Positions 1 through 8,525 of a stretch of DNA of 64,000 nucleotides are shown one piece after another (position 1 is the stretch's first letter; every line of letters begins with the position of its first letter). A program made the position numbers and the translations under genes. Source of the DNA: Sphingomonas sp. (GTDB taxonomy: Bacteria; Pseudomonadota; Alphaproteobacteria; Sphingomonadales; Sphingomonadaceae); NCBI RefSeq assembly GCF_036388435.1, contig NZ_DASVRV010000052.1, forward strand, positions 2,886 through 66,885. Direction: 5' to 3'. The notes below the pieces were generated by a model. That model did no database searches and was not told where the DNA came from. It was given only the letters and a program-made list of their open reading frames with translations.

Positions 1-273
1 GATCAGCGCGAAGCCGATCCGCAGCACCAGCGCGGCGATGATGCCGATCAGGATGACCTTCTTGCGCTGCTCGTCGGGCAGCCCGGCCGCCAGCGCGCCG
101 ACGACGATGGCATTGTCGCCCGCCAGCACGATGTCGATCAGCAGCACCTGCCCGAACGCGGCCAGGCGCGAGGCTTCGGTGATGTTGGCGAAGTCGGAGA
201 GGGCGAGCTGCCACATCTCGGACAGGGTGGGCGCGGCGGCCGTGGCCGCGGCGGTGAGCAGGGCGAGGATCAT
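1..273 (-). CDS. TerC family integral membrane protein, 5' part only (gene runs off the left edge)
   Basis: Absent from the ORF track because no stop lies in the window. Manual translation from the ATG at 273-271 gives MILALLTAAATAAAPTLSEMWQLALSDFANITEASRLAAFGQVLLIDIVLAGDNAIVVGALAAGLPDEQRKKVILIGIIAALVLRIGFALI. The hydrophobic helices and LAGDNAIVV motif are typical of TerC/YjbE proteins, and third codon positions are nearly all G/C. Confidence 0.7.
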   Translation of the reverse strand, partial: MILALLTAAATAAAPTLSEMWQLALSDFANITEASRLAAFGQVLLIDIVLAGDNAIVVGALAAGLPDEQRKKVILIGIIAALVLRIGFALI

Positions 274-310
274 GGGTTTCGCTTAGAGGCTATGCGGGAA
301 CGGTGAAACC

Positions 311-337
311 CCCGTCCCCAGACTTGATCCGGGTCCC
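311..337. repeat. Degenerate copy of the GACTTGATCCGGG hairpin repeat (REP-like)
   Basis: cccgtccccagacttgatccgggtccc resembles the better-preserved copies at 63486-63515 and 63554-63583. It lies in the non-coding gap between the terC-like gene and rho. Confidence 0.35.
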
Positions 338-452
338 GCTTCTTTCCGAATGGGGATCGCGCCGCGGCAAAGCGGCGTCGTCGGTCGTAGCTGAAGCTAC
401 GCCGGCCGGACGGCCGCGAGTCCCGCGCCAGCGTGGCGCAGGCCGCGGCTCG

Positions 453-1709
453 TCACTGGTTCATGCTGTCGAAGAACACCTCGTTCGACTTCGAATCCTT
501 CATCTTGTCGAGCAGGAACTCCATCGCGTCGATCGTCCCCATCTGCATCAGGATGCGGCGCAGGACCCACATCTTGGACAGCTTGGCCTTGTCGACCAGC
601 AGCTCCTCCTTGCGGGTGCCCGACTTGCCCACGTCGAGCGCGGGGAAGATGCGCTTGTCGGCTACCTTGCGGTCGAGCACGATCTCCGAATTGCCCGTAC
701 CCTTGAACTCCTCGAAGATCACCTCGTCCATCCGGCTGCCCGTGTCGATCAGCGCGGTGGCGATGATCGAGAGCGACCCGCCTTCCTCGATGTTGCGCGC
801 CGCGCCGAAGAAGCGCTTGGGCCGCTGGAGTGCATTGGCGTCGACGCCGCCCGTCAGCACCTTGCCCGAGCTGGGCACGACGGTGTTGTAGGCGCGACCG
901 AGACGCGTGATCGAGTCGAGCAGGATCACCACGTCGCGCTTGTGCTCGACCAGCCGCTTGGCCTTCTCGATCACCATCTCGGCCACCTGCACATGGCGCG
1001 TCGCGGGCTCGTCGAAGGTCGAGGACACGACCTCGCCCTTGACGCTGCGTTGCATGTCGGTGACCTCCTCGGGCCGCTCGTCGATGAGCAGCACGATCAG
1101 AAACACTTCGGGATGATTGTCGGTGATCGCCTTGGCGATGTTCTGGAGCAGCACCGTCTTGCCGACCCGGGGCGGCGCCACGATCAGCGCGCGCTGGCCC
1201 TTGCCCTGGGGCGCGACGATGTCGATCACCCGCGCCGACTTGTCCTTGACCGTCGGGTCGATCTGATCGAGCGTCAGCTTCTCTTCGGGATAGAGCGGGG
1301 TCAGATTGTCGAAATTGACCCGGTGCTTGACCGCCGAGGGATCGTCGAAATTGACCGACACCAGCCGCACCAGCGCGAAATACCGCTCGCCGTCCTTGGG
1401 GCCCCGGATCTCGGCCTCGACCGTGTCGCCGGTCCTGAGCCCGAATTTGCGCACCTGGTTGGGCGAGACATAGATGTCGTCGGGCCCCGCCAGATAGTTG
1501 GATTCCGGCGAACGCAGGAACCCGAAGCCGTCGGGCAGTACCTCGATGGTGCCCAGCCCCATGATCTCGTCGCCATTGTCCGCCTGAACCTTCAGGATCG
1601 CGAACAACAGGTCCTGCTTGCGCAGCGTCGAGGCGCCCTCGACGCCGAGCTCCTCGGCCATGCTCACCAGTTCGGCGGGCTTTTTCGATTTCAAGTCTTT
1701 GAGATGCAT
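453..1709 (-). CDS. rho: Transcription termination factor Rho
   Basis: 418-aa ORF. It has an N-terminal Rho_N-like [25 protein letters not shown], an RNA-binding domain, a Walker A (PPRVGKT) and full-length Rho architecture. Confidence 0.97.
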   Translation of the reverse strand: MHLKDLKSKKPAELVSMAEELGVEGASTLRKQDLLFAILKVQADNGDEIMGLGTIEVLPDGFGFLRSPESNYLAGPDDIYVSPNQVRKFGLRTGDTVEAEIRGPKDGERYFALVRLVSVNFDDPSAVKHRVNFDNLTPLYPEEKLTLDQIDPTVKDKSARVIDIVAPQGKGQRALIVAPPRVGKTVLLQNIAKAITDNHPEVFLIVLLIDERPEEVTDMQRSVKGEVVSSTFDEPATRHVQVAEMVIEKAKRLVEHKRDVVILLDSITRLGRAYNTVVPSSGKVLTGGVDANALQRPKRFFGAARNIEEGGSLSIIATALIDTGSRMDEVIFEEFKGTGNSEIVLDRKVADKRIFPALDVGKSGTRKEELLVDKAKLSKMWVLRRILMQMGTIDAMEFLLDKMKDSKSNEVFFDSMNQ

Positions 1710-1853
1710 GGGGGGTCTGCCGACAGGGGATCGGGGAAAGCTCGGGATCGCGAAGGGTCGCGTGATACGAAGCTGGAGGCGCGCGAGGCGGAGGACCCGC
1801 CTGCGGTTACAACGGCGACCTAAGGGGAAGGCCGCTGCCCGTCAAGGCGGCGC

Positions 1854-2414
1854 TCAGTCCCGCGCGAAGATCTCGGCGTGCGGAACGACCAGCCCGAGCG
1901 CGGGGAGATGGAGGTCGGCGGGCGCCGGATGGGTCCGGTCGGACCAGGCGTCCGGCCCCGTCCGTTGCAGCACCCGGAGCCGTTCGGCGACCGGGTCGAT
2001 GAAGACGATCGTGTCGATGCCCCCCAGAGCGCGATATTCGTTGAGCTTGACGCCCTCGTCCTGGCGTCGCGTCGTCGGCGACAGGATCTCGATCACGACG
2101 CGCGGATCGCGTAGCGTCTTTTCCTCGTCCTCACTCGCGGCATCGCCGTGGCAGTCCACCGACATGTCGGGATAACGCACCGACAGGTCATGCGTCCTGA
2201 CCGCCATGTCCGACCCGAAGGGCCGGCATCCCGACCCACGCAGCGCACCGCCCAAAAAACGATACAGGTTCATCTGCACCCGCGCATGGGCGCGCGTGCC
2301 CCCCGCCATCATGCGGATCACGCCATTGTCGAGCTCGGCCTTGATGTCCGAACCCCATTCGATCCCCAGGAATTGCTCCGCCGTCAGCAAGGTGAGATCG
2401 GGTTGCGCCGCCAT
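1854..2414 (-). CDS. Uma2 family (DUF820, PD-(D/E)XK-like) endonuclease
   Basis: 186-aa ORF. The core VVIEILSPTTRRQDEGVKLNEYRALGGIDTIVFIDP matches the E-x-LSP...D...K...Y pattern of Uma2 proteins. Confidence 0.7.
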   Translation of the reverse strand: MAAQPDLTLLTAEQFLGIEWGSDIKAELDNGVIRMMAGGTRAHARVQMNLYRFLGGALRGSGCRPFGSDMAVRTHDLSVRYPDMSVDCHGDAASEDEEKTLRDPRVVIEILSPTTRRQDEGVKLNEYRALGGIDTIVFIDPVAERLRVLQRTGPDAWSDRTHPAPADLHLPALGLVVPHAEIFARD

Positions 2415-2457
2415 CCGAGGACCTTACGTCAATCGGCGGCGACGGGGAAGCCGCCGC

Positions 2458-2898
2458 TCAAGGCTTGACCACCACCAGCACGACGATCAGCGCGATCAGC
2501 AGCGCGGGCACCTCGTTGAGCAGTCTGAGCGTCTTGTTCGACACCGTCGCCCGCCCCGCCGCCAGCTTGCGCGCATAGCCGACCGCCCAGCCATGATAGC
2601 CCGTCAGCAGCAGCACGAAGAGCAGCTTGCCGTGCATCCACCCTTGGCTCCAGGCGCCCGACATCGTCGCCAGCACCGCGCCCAGCACCAGCACCACGAC
2701 CATCGCCGGGGTCAGGATGATGCGGCGCAGCTTACCCTCGCGCTCCACCCAGCGCGCGGCGTCGGCGGCGTCCGCCAAATTCTCCTGATGATAGACGAGG
2801 TAGCGCGGTAGCGCGAACAGCCCGGCCATCCAGAAGATCACGAAGATCAGATGCGCCGCCTTGATCCAGTCATACGCCACCAGCAACCGCTCCCACAT
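2458..2898 (-). CDS. hemJ: Protoporphyrinogen oxidase HemJ (UPF0093/CopD-like membrane protein)
   Basis: This is the C-terminal 146 aa of the 468-aa track ORF, from the internal Met (cat at 2896-2898): MWERLLVAYDWIKAAHLIFVIFWMAGLF.... It has four hydrophobic helices, lies next to hemE, and the upstream part of the track ORF is Arg/Gly-rich shadow sequence. Confidence 0.8.
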   Translation of the reverse strand: MWERLLVAYDWIKAAHLIFVIFWMAGLFALPRYLVYHQENLADAADAARWVEREGKLRRIILTPAMVVVLVLGAVLATMSGAWSQGWMHGKLLFVLLLTGYHGWAVGYARKLAAGRATVSNKTLRLLNEVPALLIALIVVLVVVKP

Positions 2899-2903
2899 GC
2901 CCG

Positions 2904-3866
2904 CTATCCCCGCACCCGCGCGATCAGCCGCTCGACATGCGCGATCGGCGTGTGCTGGCCGATGCCATGGCCCAGATTGAATATATGGGGCCGCTCGGGA
3001 AAGGCCGCCAGCACGCGCGCGACCCCGCGGTCGAGCGCGTCGCCGCCGGTCAGCAGCACCAGCGGATCGAGATTGCCCTGCACCGGCATCCCCGTCGGCA
3101 GCACCGCGTCCGCCCAGACCGGATCGACCGTCTCGTCCAGCCCGATCGCGTCGGGCGCGACCCCCGCGGCATAAGCGGCCAGCTTGGCCCCCGCGCCTTT
3201 TGGAAAACCGATGATCGGCGCCTCCGGGCACCGCTCCCGCAGGCGGGCCACGATCCGGGCGTTGGGCTCGATCACCCAGCGGTCGAATTGTTCGGGCGAC
3301 AGCGATCCCGCCCAGCTGTCGAACAGCTGTACCGCTTCCACGCCAGCCTCGATCTGCCGCGCGAGATACTCGACCGTCAGCTCGACGATCGCGTCGATGA
3401 TCTCCCCGAATGCTTGCTCGTCGGCATAGGCGAAGGACCGCGTCTCGCCCTGATCCTTCGATCCCGACCCGTTCACCATGTACGTCGCCACGGTCCAGGG
3501 AGAGCCCGCAAAGCCCAGGAACGTCGTCTCGGGCGGCAGGGCCCCCGCGACCCGCGCCACGGTCGCATAGACCGGCTCCAGCCGCCCTGGTGCCCGCTCC
3601 AGCATTCCCAGCGCCGTGTCGACCAGCCGCGGCGTCAGACGTGGCCCCTCGCCCACCCCGAAGCTCAGATCCTGCCCCAATGCCCAGGGCACCATCAGGA
3701 TGTCGGAGAACAGGATCGCCCCGTCGAACCCGAACCGACGGATCGGCTGCAGCGTCACCTCCGCCGCCGCTTCGGGATCGGTGGCGAGCGCCAGGAAGCC
3801 GCCCTTCTCCGCCCTGAGCGCGCGATATTCGGGCAGGTAGCGCCCCGCCTGCCGCATCAGCCACAT
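2904..3866 (-). CDS. hemE: Uroporphyrinogen decarboxylase (5' end probably extends to about 3947, see findings)
   Basis: 320-aa ORF beginning MWLMRQAGRYLPEYR, with FSDILMVP and other HemE motifs. The in-frame upstream codons encode AKPLLGVLKGRRLDIPP, which looks like the conserved HemE N-terminus. Confidence 0.93.
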   Translation of the reverse strand: MWLMRQAGRYLPEYRALRAEKGGFLALATDPEAAAEVTLQPIRRFGFDGAILFSDILMVPWALGQDLSFGVGEGPRLTPRLVDTALGMLERAPGRLEPVYATVARVAGALPPETTFLGFAGSPWTVATYMVNGSGSKDQGETRSFAYADEQAFGEIIDAIVELTVEYLARQIEAGVEAVQLFDSWAGSLSPEQFDRWVIEPNARIVARLRERCPEAPIIGFPKGAGAKLAAYAAGVAPDAIGLDETVDPVWADAVLPTGMPVQGNLDPLVLLTGGDALDRGVARVLAAFPERPHIFNLGHGIGQHTPIAHVERLIARVRG

Positions 3867-4063
3867 GGGAGGGATGTCGAGCCGTCGACCCTTGAGGACG
3901 CCGAGCAGCGGTTTCGCGCCATAGGGGGCTTCAACGGGCGTCGACAGGGCGGGAGCCTCTCTTCTTCACTAAAGAAGAATCTTGAAAAGGGTTGTGGTGA
4001 TAGTGGGCGCGTTGGGCACGGGGATTAAGCGCCCGTCCCCGATTTGCCAACAGCCGCGCCGGG

Positions 4064-4072
4064 TTGTCCACA
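4064..4072 (+). promoter_or_regulatory. DnaA box-like TTGTCCACA (1 mismatch to TTATCCACA)
   Basis: Read directly from the sequence (gggTTGTCCACAcgc). Confidence 0.45.
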
Positions 4073-4105
4073 CGCATATCCGGGCGAGTCCGCTTCTCGT
4101 CCCCG

Positions 4106-4114
4106 TTACCCACA
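4106..4114 (+). promoter_or_regulatory. DnaA box-like TTACCCACA (1 mismatch)
   Basis: Read directly from the sequence (ccgTTACCCACAggc). Confidence 0.45.
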
Positions 4115-4165
4115 GGCAGTGGACGATCGATCCACCTGTGGGCGGGCATGTGGACCGACGGGCGC

Positions 4166-4174
4166 TTGTCCACC
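4166..4174 (+). promoter_or_regulatory. DnaA box-like TTGTCCACC (2 mismatches)
   Basis: Read directly from the sequence (cgcTTGTCCACCgcc). Confidence 0.35.
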
Positions 4175-4228
4175 GCCCATCGCTCGCTTGGCGCGAGCGG
4201 CCGGTTCCGCTACCCGTCGTCCCCCGGC

Positions 4229-4237
4229 TTATCCACA
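4229..4237 (+). promoter_or_regulatory. Perfect consensus DnaA box TTATCCACA
   Basis: Read directly from the sequence (cggcTTATCCACAgat), 31 nt upstream of the GTG chosen for the DUF299 gene. Confidence 0.6.
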
Positions 4238-4267
4238 GATCGGTCCCGACCCCCACATGATGCTCAA

Positions 4268-5104
4268 GTGACGCGCCTCCATCTGCATCTCCTGTCGGAC
4301 TCGACCGGCGAAACGCTCGAGAACATCGCCAAGGCCGCGCTCGCCCAATATGACGCGGTCGACACCGTTCGGCATTTCTGGCCGATGGTCCGCACCGAGG
4401 CGCATCTGGAGCGCATCCTTCAGGAGATCGCGCAAAATCCCGGGCTCGTCATCTTCACCCTGGTCAACGCCGCGACCAGGCGGACGCTCGAACAGCGCTG
4501 CCGGACGCTGGGGCTTCCCGCGGTCGCTCCGCTCGATCCCGTCAACGACGCGTTGTCGGCGCTGCTCGGCCAGCAGGCCAAGGCACGGCCGGGTCGCCAG
4601 CACGTCCTCGACGCCGCCTATTTCGCGCGGGTGGACGCGATCCAGTTCACCATCGCGCATGACGACGGCATCGGCCAGGACGAATGGGAGGAAGCCGACA
4701 TCATGCTGGCCGGCGTCAGCCGCTCCTCCAAGACCCCGACCTCCATCTATCTCGCCAATCGCGGCTACAAGGTCGCCAACATCCCCGTGGTGGTCGAATC
4801 GCCCCCGCCCCGCGCCTTGTACGAACTCAAGCACCCGCTGATCGTCGGCCTCACCACCAGCGCCGACCGTCTGATCGCCATCCGCCGCAACCGTCTGTTG
4901 TCCCTGAACCAGGCGACCGAGACGAGCTATGTCGAGCAGGAGTCGGTATCCCGCGAGATCGCCTTTGCGCGGCGGATGTTCGCCGACAATGGCTGGCCGG
5001 TGATCGACGTCACCCGCCGCTCGATCGAGGAAACCGCGGCGGCCGTCATCGCCCTGCTGAACGATCGCGACGCGGGCGACGATCGCCGGGAAGGCCGCGC
5101 ATGA
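4268..5104 (+). CDS. Pyruvate,phosphate dikinase / PEP synthase regulatory protein family (DUF299 kinase/pyrophosphorylase)
   Basis: The homologous part starts at GTG 4268 (VTRLHLHLLSDSTGETLE...). It has the P-loop-like GVSRSSKTPTSIYLANRGYKVANIP. The upstream part of track ORF 4064..5104 overlaps the DnaA boxes and looks non-coding. Confidence 0.9.
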   Translation: MTRLHLHLLSDSTGETLENIAKAALAQYDAVDTVRHFWPMVRTEAHLERILQEIAQNPGLVIFTLVNAATRRTLEQRCRTLGLPAVAPLDPVNDALSALLGQQAKARPGRQHVLDAAYFARVDAIQFTIAHDDGIGQDEWEEADIMLAGVSRSSKTPTSIYLANRGYKVANIPVVVESPPPRALYELKHPLIVGLTTSADRLIAIRRNRLLSLNQATETSYVEQESVSREIAFARRMFADNGWPVIDVTRRSIEETAAAVIALLNDRDAGDDRREGRA

Positions 5105-5691
5105 CCCTGATCCTCGCCTCGGGCTCGGCCTCGCGCCGGGCGATGCTCGCCGCGGCCGGGGTGCCGTTCGAGGCGATGAGCCCGCAGGTGGACGAGGACG
5201 CCGCCAAGGCCGCGCTCGGCCGGGAGCGCCCCCGCGACCTGGCGGACGCGCTGGCGGAGCTCAAGGCGGTGAAGCTGTCGCTCCGCTGTCCCGACGCGCT
5301 GGTGCTGGGGTCGGATTCGCTGGTCGCGCTCGACGACGGCACGCTGCTCGACAAACCCGAAAGCCGCGAACAGGCGGCCGACCATCTCGCCCTCATGTCG
5401 GGGCGCGTCCACCGCCTCTGGAGCGCGGCGGTCGTGGCGGAGGGCGGTCGCCCCGTCTGGCGTCATGTCGAGGCGGCGACGATGCATGTCCGCCCGCTGT
5501 CCGACGGCTTCATCCGGCGTTATCTCGACGCGGAATGGCCGGCGATCGCGGGATGCGTCGGCTGCTACCGCGTGGAGGGACCGGGCGTGCAATTGTTCGA
5601 CCGCATCGAGGGATCGCATTTCACCGTGCTCGGCCTGCCGCTCCTGCCCGTGCTCGATTATCTGCGCACCCGGTCGGTCATGCCCCGGTGA
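5101..5691 (+). CDS. maf: Maf-like nucleoside triphosphate pyrophosphatase
   Basis: MTLILASGSASRRAMLAAAGVPFE... is a typical Maf N-terminus. The ATG overlaps the upstream stop (ATGA at 5101-5104). Confidence 0.9.
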   Translation: MTLILASGSASRRAMLAAAGVPFEAMSPQVDEDAAKAALGRERPRDLADALAELKAVKLSLRCPDALVLGSDSLVALDDGTLLDKPESREQAADHLALMSGRVHRLWSAAVVAEGGRPVWRHVEAATMHVRPLSDGFIRRYLDAEWPAIAGCVGCYRVEGPGVQLFDRIEGSHFTVLGLPLLPVLDYLRTRSVMPR

Positions 5692-5717
5692 CCGGCCGTT
5701 CCAGGCATGACCTTCCA

Positions 5718-6557
5718 GTGACCTTCCACGCATCCGGCCACGCATCCGGCCGTCCCTATGCCGAGGTGATCGGCGACCCGATCGCCCACTCCAAATCGCC
5801 GCTCATCCACGGCTTCTGGATAAATGCGCTCGGCCTCGACGCCGATTATCGCGCCACCCGCGTCGTGTCCGACGATCTTCCCGCCTACTTCGCGAGCCGC
5901 CGCGCCGATCCGCACTGGCGCGGCTGCAACGTCACCATTCCCCACAAGCTCGCCGCGCTCGACCATGTGGAGGACCGGGGCGACGTCCGCGCCACCATCG
6001 GCGCGATCAACCTGGCGATGCGCGCGCCGGACGGCGCGCTGATCGGCGCCAATACCGACGCCGGCGGTTTCTACGCGCCGATCGCCGGGTTCGACTTCGC
6101 CGACAGGCCGGCGGTGGTGATCGGGGCCGGCGGCGCCGCCCGCGCGGTGCTCTTCGCGTTGGCGAAGATGGAGGTCGGCCCGGTCACGATCCTCAACCGC
6201 AGTCCGCTCAAGGGGGCCGCGCTTTTGTCCGCCTTCAGGCTCAAGGGCCGCGCCCTGCCCCTATCCGCCCCTGTCCCGCCCGCCGCCCTGCTGGTCAATG
6301 CCAGCGCGCTCGGCATGGCCGGCCATCCCCCGCTCGATCTCGACCTGTCGACGCTGCCCGATGACGCGGTCGTCTATGATCTGGTCTACGCCCCGCTGGA
6401 GACCGATCTTCTGGCCCAGGCCAATGACCGCGGGCTGGAAACCGTCGACGGGCTCGAGATGCTCGTCGGCCAGGCCGCCCTCGCCTTCGAGTTGCTCTTC
6501 GGCATGGAGCCGCCGCGCGAGCGCGACGACGAACTGCGCGAGCTGCTGACGGCATGA
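5718..6557 (+). CDS. aroE: Shikimate dehydrogenase
   Basis: Motifs AHSKSPLIH, NVTIPHK, NTDAGG and GAGGAARA are present. The start is either GTG 5718 or GTG 5688, the latter overlapping the maf stop as GTGA. Confidence 0.9.
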   Translation: MTFHASGHASGRPYAEVIGDPIAHSKSPLIHGFWINALGLDADYRATRVVSDDLPAYFASRRADPHWRGCNVTIPHKLAALDHVEDRGDVRATIGAINLAMRAPDGALIGANTDAGGFYAPIAGFDFADRPAVVIGAGGAARAVLFALAKMEVGPVTILNRSPLKGAALLSAFRLKGRALPLSAPVPPAALLVNASALGMAGHPPLDLDLSTLPDDAVVYDLVYAPLETDLLAQANDRGLETVDGLEMLVGQAALAFELLFGMEPPRERDDELRELLTA

Positions 6558-7144
6558 TCACGGTCGGCCTCACCGGCTCGATCGGCATGGGCAAGTCGAC
6601 GGTCGCCGCGATGTTCGCCGACAAGGGCGTGCCCGTCTTCGACGCCGATGCCGCCGTCCACCGGCTCCAGGGCCCCGCCGGCCGCGTCGTCGCCGCGATC
6701 AAGGCCGCCTTTCCCTCGACCACCGGCCAGGCGGGCGTGAACCGCACCGCGTTGGCGGAGGCGGTGCTGGGTGACGACGCGGCGATGAAGCGGCTCGAAG
6801 CGATCGTCCATCCCGCCGTGGGCGAGGAACGCGCCGCCTTTCTCGCCGACCATCGGGGGGCGCCGATCGTCCTGTTCGATATCCCGCTGTTGTTCGAGAC
6901 GGGCGGCGAGGCGCGGGTCGACAAGGTCGTCGTCGTCTCCGCCGCGCCAGAAATCCAGCGCGCGCGCGTCCTCGCCCGACCCGGCATGACCCCGGCCAGG
7001 CTCGACGCCATCCTCGCCCGCCAGCTTCCCGACGCCGCCAAGCGCGCCCGCGCCGATTTCGTGATCGCGACGGACGTGCCGCCGGACGAGACCCGCGCCG
7101 CCGTCGCCCGCGTCGTCGCTTGCTTGCTGGCCGGCAAAGGCTGA
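6554..7144 (+). CDS. coaE: Dephospho-CoA kinase
   Basis: 196 aa with P-loop GLTGSIGMGKST. The start forms an ATGA overlap with the aroE stop. Confidence 0.93.
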   Translation: MITVGLTGSIGMGKSTVAAMFADKGVPVFDADAAVHRLQGPAGRVVAAIKAAFPSTTGQAGVNRTALAEAVLGDDAAMKRLEAIVHPAVGEERAAFLADHRGAPIVLFDIPLLFETGGEARVDKVVVVSAAPEIQRARVLARPGMTPARLDAILARQLPDAAKRARADFVIATDVPPDETRAAVARVVACLLAGKG

Positions 7145-7154
7145 TATCGCCCCC

Positions 7155-7853
7155 ATGCGCGAGATCGTCTTCGACACCGAAACCACCGGCTTCGATTTTT
7201 CCCGGGGCGACCGCCTCGTCGAGATCGGCTGCATCGAATTGGTCAACCGCGTCGAGACCGGGCGCAGCTTCCACGCCTATCATCACCCCGAACGCGCCAT
7301 GCCGCCCGAGGCGGCGGCGGTGCACGGGCTGACCGACGCCTTCCTGTCGGACAAGCCGCTTTTCCACACCCGCGCCGACGAGCTGCTCGAATTCCTGGGC
7401 GACGCGCCGCTCGTCGCACACAACGCCACGTTCGATTTCGGCTTTCTCAACGGCGAGCTGGGGAAATGCGGGCGCCCGCTCATCCCGCTCGACCGCATGG
7501 TCGACACGCTGCCCATGGCGCGCGTCCGTCATCCCGGCGCCAAGCATAGTCTGGACGCGCTTTGCTCGCGCTTCGGGATCGACCGCTCGCACCGTGTCCT
7601 TCACGGCGCGCTGCTCGACGCGCAGCTGCTCGCGCAGGTCTATGTCGAGCTGACGGGCGGTCGCCAGATCGGCCTGGGGCTGCTCGCCGACCAGCCCGCC
7701 GCCGCCGCTCCGCTCGTCGCCGATCGGCCCCGTATCGCCCGGCCCGCCAGAGTTTTCGAGCTTGGGGCGGGAGAACTTGCCGCGCATCGCGCGTTCATCT
7801 CCACCCTCGCCGATCCCCTTTGGGGGAAGGACGACGCAGCAGTGACAACATGA
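7155..7853 (+). CDS. dnaQ: DNA polymerase III subunit epsilon (3'-5' exonuclease)
   Basis: 232 aa with Exo I (VFDTETTG), Exo II (HNATFDFGFL) and Exo III (HGALLDAQLLAQVY) motifs. Confidence 0.93.
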   Translation: MREIVFDTETTGFDFSRGDRLVEIGCIELVNRVETGRSFHAYHHPERAMPPEAAAVHGLTDAFLSDKPLFHTRADELLEFLGDAPLVAHNATFDFGFLNGELGKCGRPLIPLDRMVDTLPMARVRHPGAKHSLDALCSRFGIDRSHRVLHGALLDAQLLAQVYVELTGGRQIGLGLLADQPAAAAPLVADRPRIARPARVFELGAGELAAHRAFISTLADPLWGKDDAAVTT

Positions 7854-7866
7854 ACGGAGTAGGTTG

Positions 7867-8451
7867 ATGGAGATTCGGGTATCGGGCCACCAGGTCGAGG
7901 TGGGCGACGCGCTCAAGACCCATGTCGAGGACCGTCTCCAGGCGATCGCGGCCAAATATTTCACCCGCGCCATCTCGTCCGACACGACGTTCGGCAAGGG
8001 GCCGCACGACCATGGCTTCACCTGCGCCATCGCCACCCATGTCACCCGCGGGCTCGTGCTCAAGGGCCGCCACCAGGCCCAGGACGCGCACGTCGCCTTC
8101 AACGGCGCCGCCGATCACCTCGAGAAACAGCTTCGCCGCTATAGCCGTCGCCTCAAGGACCATCATGCCCTCGAGACGGTCGAGGTCGCCGAGGCGGGCG
8201 CCTACGACAATGCCCGTTACACCCTGTTCCAGGAACCCCATGTCGACGAGGAGGAAGTTCCCGACGCCCCGCTGATCGTCGCGGAGACGCGGGTCGACGT
8301 GCCCGACGCCAGTGTCGGCGACGCGGTGATGATGCTCGATCTGCGCAACACCGCCGCCCTGTTGTTCAAGAATTCGGGAACGGGCGATTACAACATGGTC
8401 TATCGGCGCGGCGACGGCACGATCGGCTGGGTGGAACCGCACGGCGCCTGA
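7867..8451 (+). CDS. hpf: Ribosome hibernation promoting factor, long form
   Basis: MEIRVSGHQVEVGDALKTHVEDRL... plus a C-terminal dimerisation-type domain (DVPDASVGDAVMMLDL...YRRGDGTIGWVEP). ATG 7867 is preferred over the track's TTG at 7864. Confidence 0.9.
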   Translation: MEIRVSGHQVEVGDALKTHVEDRLQAIAAKYFTRAISSDTTFGKGPHDHGFTCAIATHVTRGLVLKGRHQAQDAHVAFNGAADHLEKQLRRYSRRLKDHHALETVEVAEAGAYDNARYTLFQEPHVDEEEVPDAPLIVAETRVDVPDASVGDAVMMLDLRNTAALLFKNSGTGDYNMVYRRGDGTIGWVEPHGA

Positions 8452-8525
8452 CGCTTCCGCAACGGGTCCCGTCGCGCTAAGGGCCGCCGCGCCGGCGGCC
8501 GAATTGCGGCCTATGGCGCGACGGG

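Larger units (their letters stand above)
3961..4240. other. oriC: Candidate chromosomal replication origin (Cori-type oriC) in the hemE / DUF299 intergenic region
   Basis: The ~400-nt gap between divergent hemE and the DUF299 gene holds one perfect and three near-consensus DnaA boxes in the same orientation. It also has an AT-rich 30-mer at 3961-3990. Gene strand switches here: five genes on the minus strand to the left, eleven on the plus strand to the right. Confidence 0.65.

Noticed and set aside
303-1823. 506-aa ORF on the plus strand opposite rho
   Set aside because: It lies entirely antisense to a full-length, motif-complete rho gene. The translation is Arg/Ala/Gly/Asp-rich low-complexity sequence typical of shadow ORFs in high-GC DNA.
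2937-4028. 363-aa plus-strand ORF spanning hemE and entering the origin region, and the 4064..4267 N-terminal extension of the DUF299 ORF
   Set aside because: The first is antisense to hemE. The second covers the DnaA-box cluster, has no similarity to the DUF299 family, and that family's homology begins at the GTG at 4268.
8482-8500. Hairpin GGCCGCCG-CGC-CGGCGGCC between hpf and ptsN as an intrinsic terminator
   Set aside because: It has an 8-bp GC stem but no following U-tract, and ptsN normally is co-transcribed with hpf. It is not annotated as a terminator.
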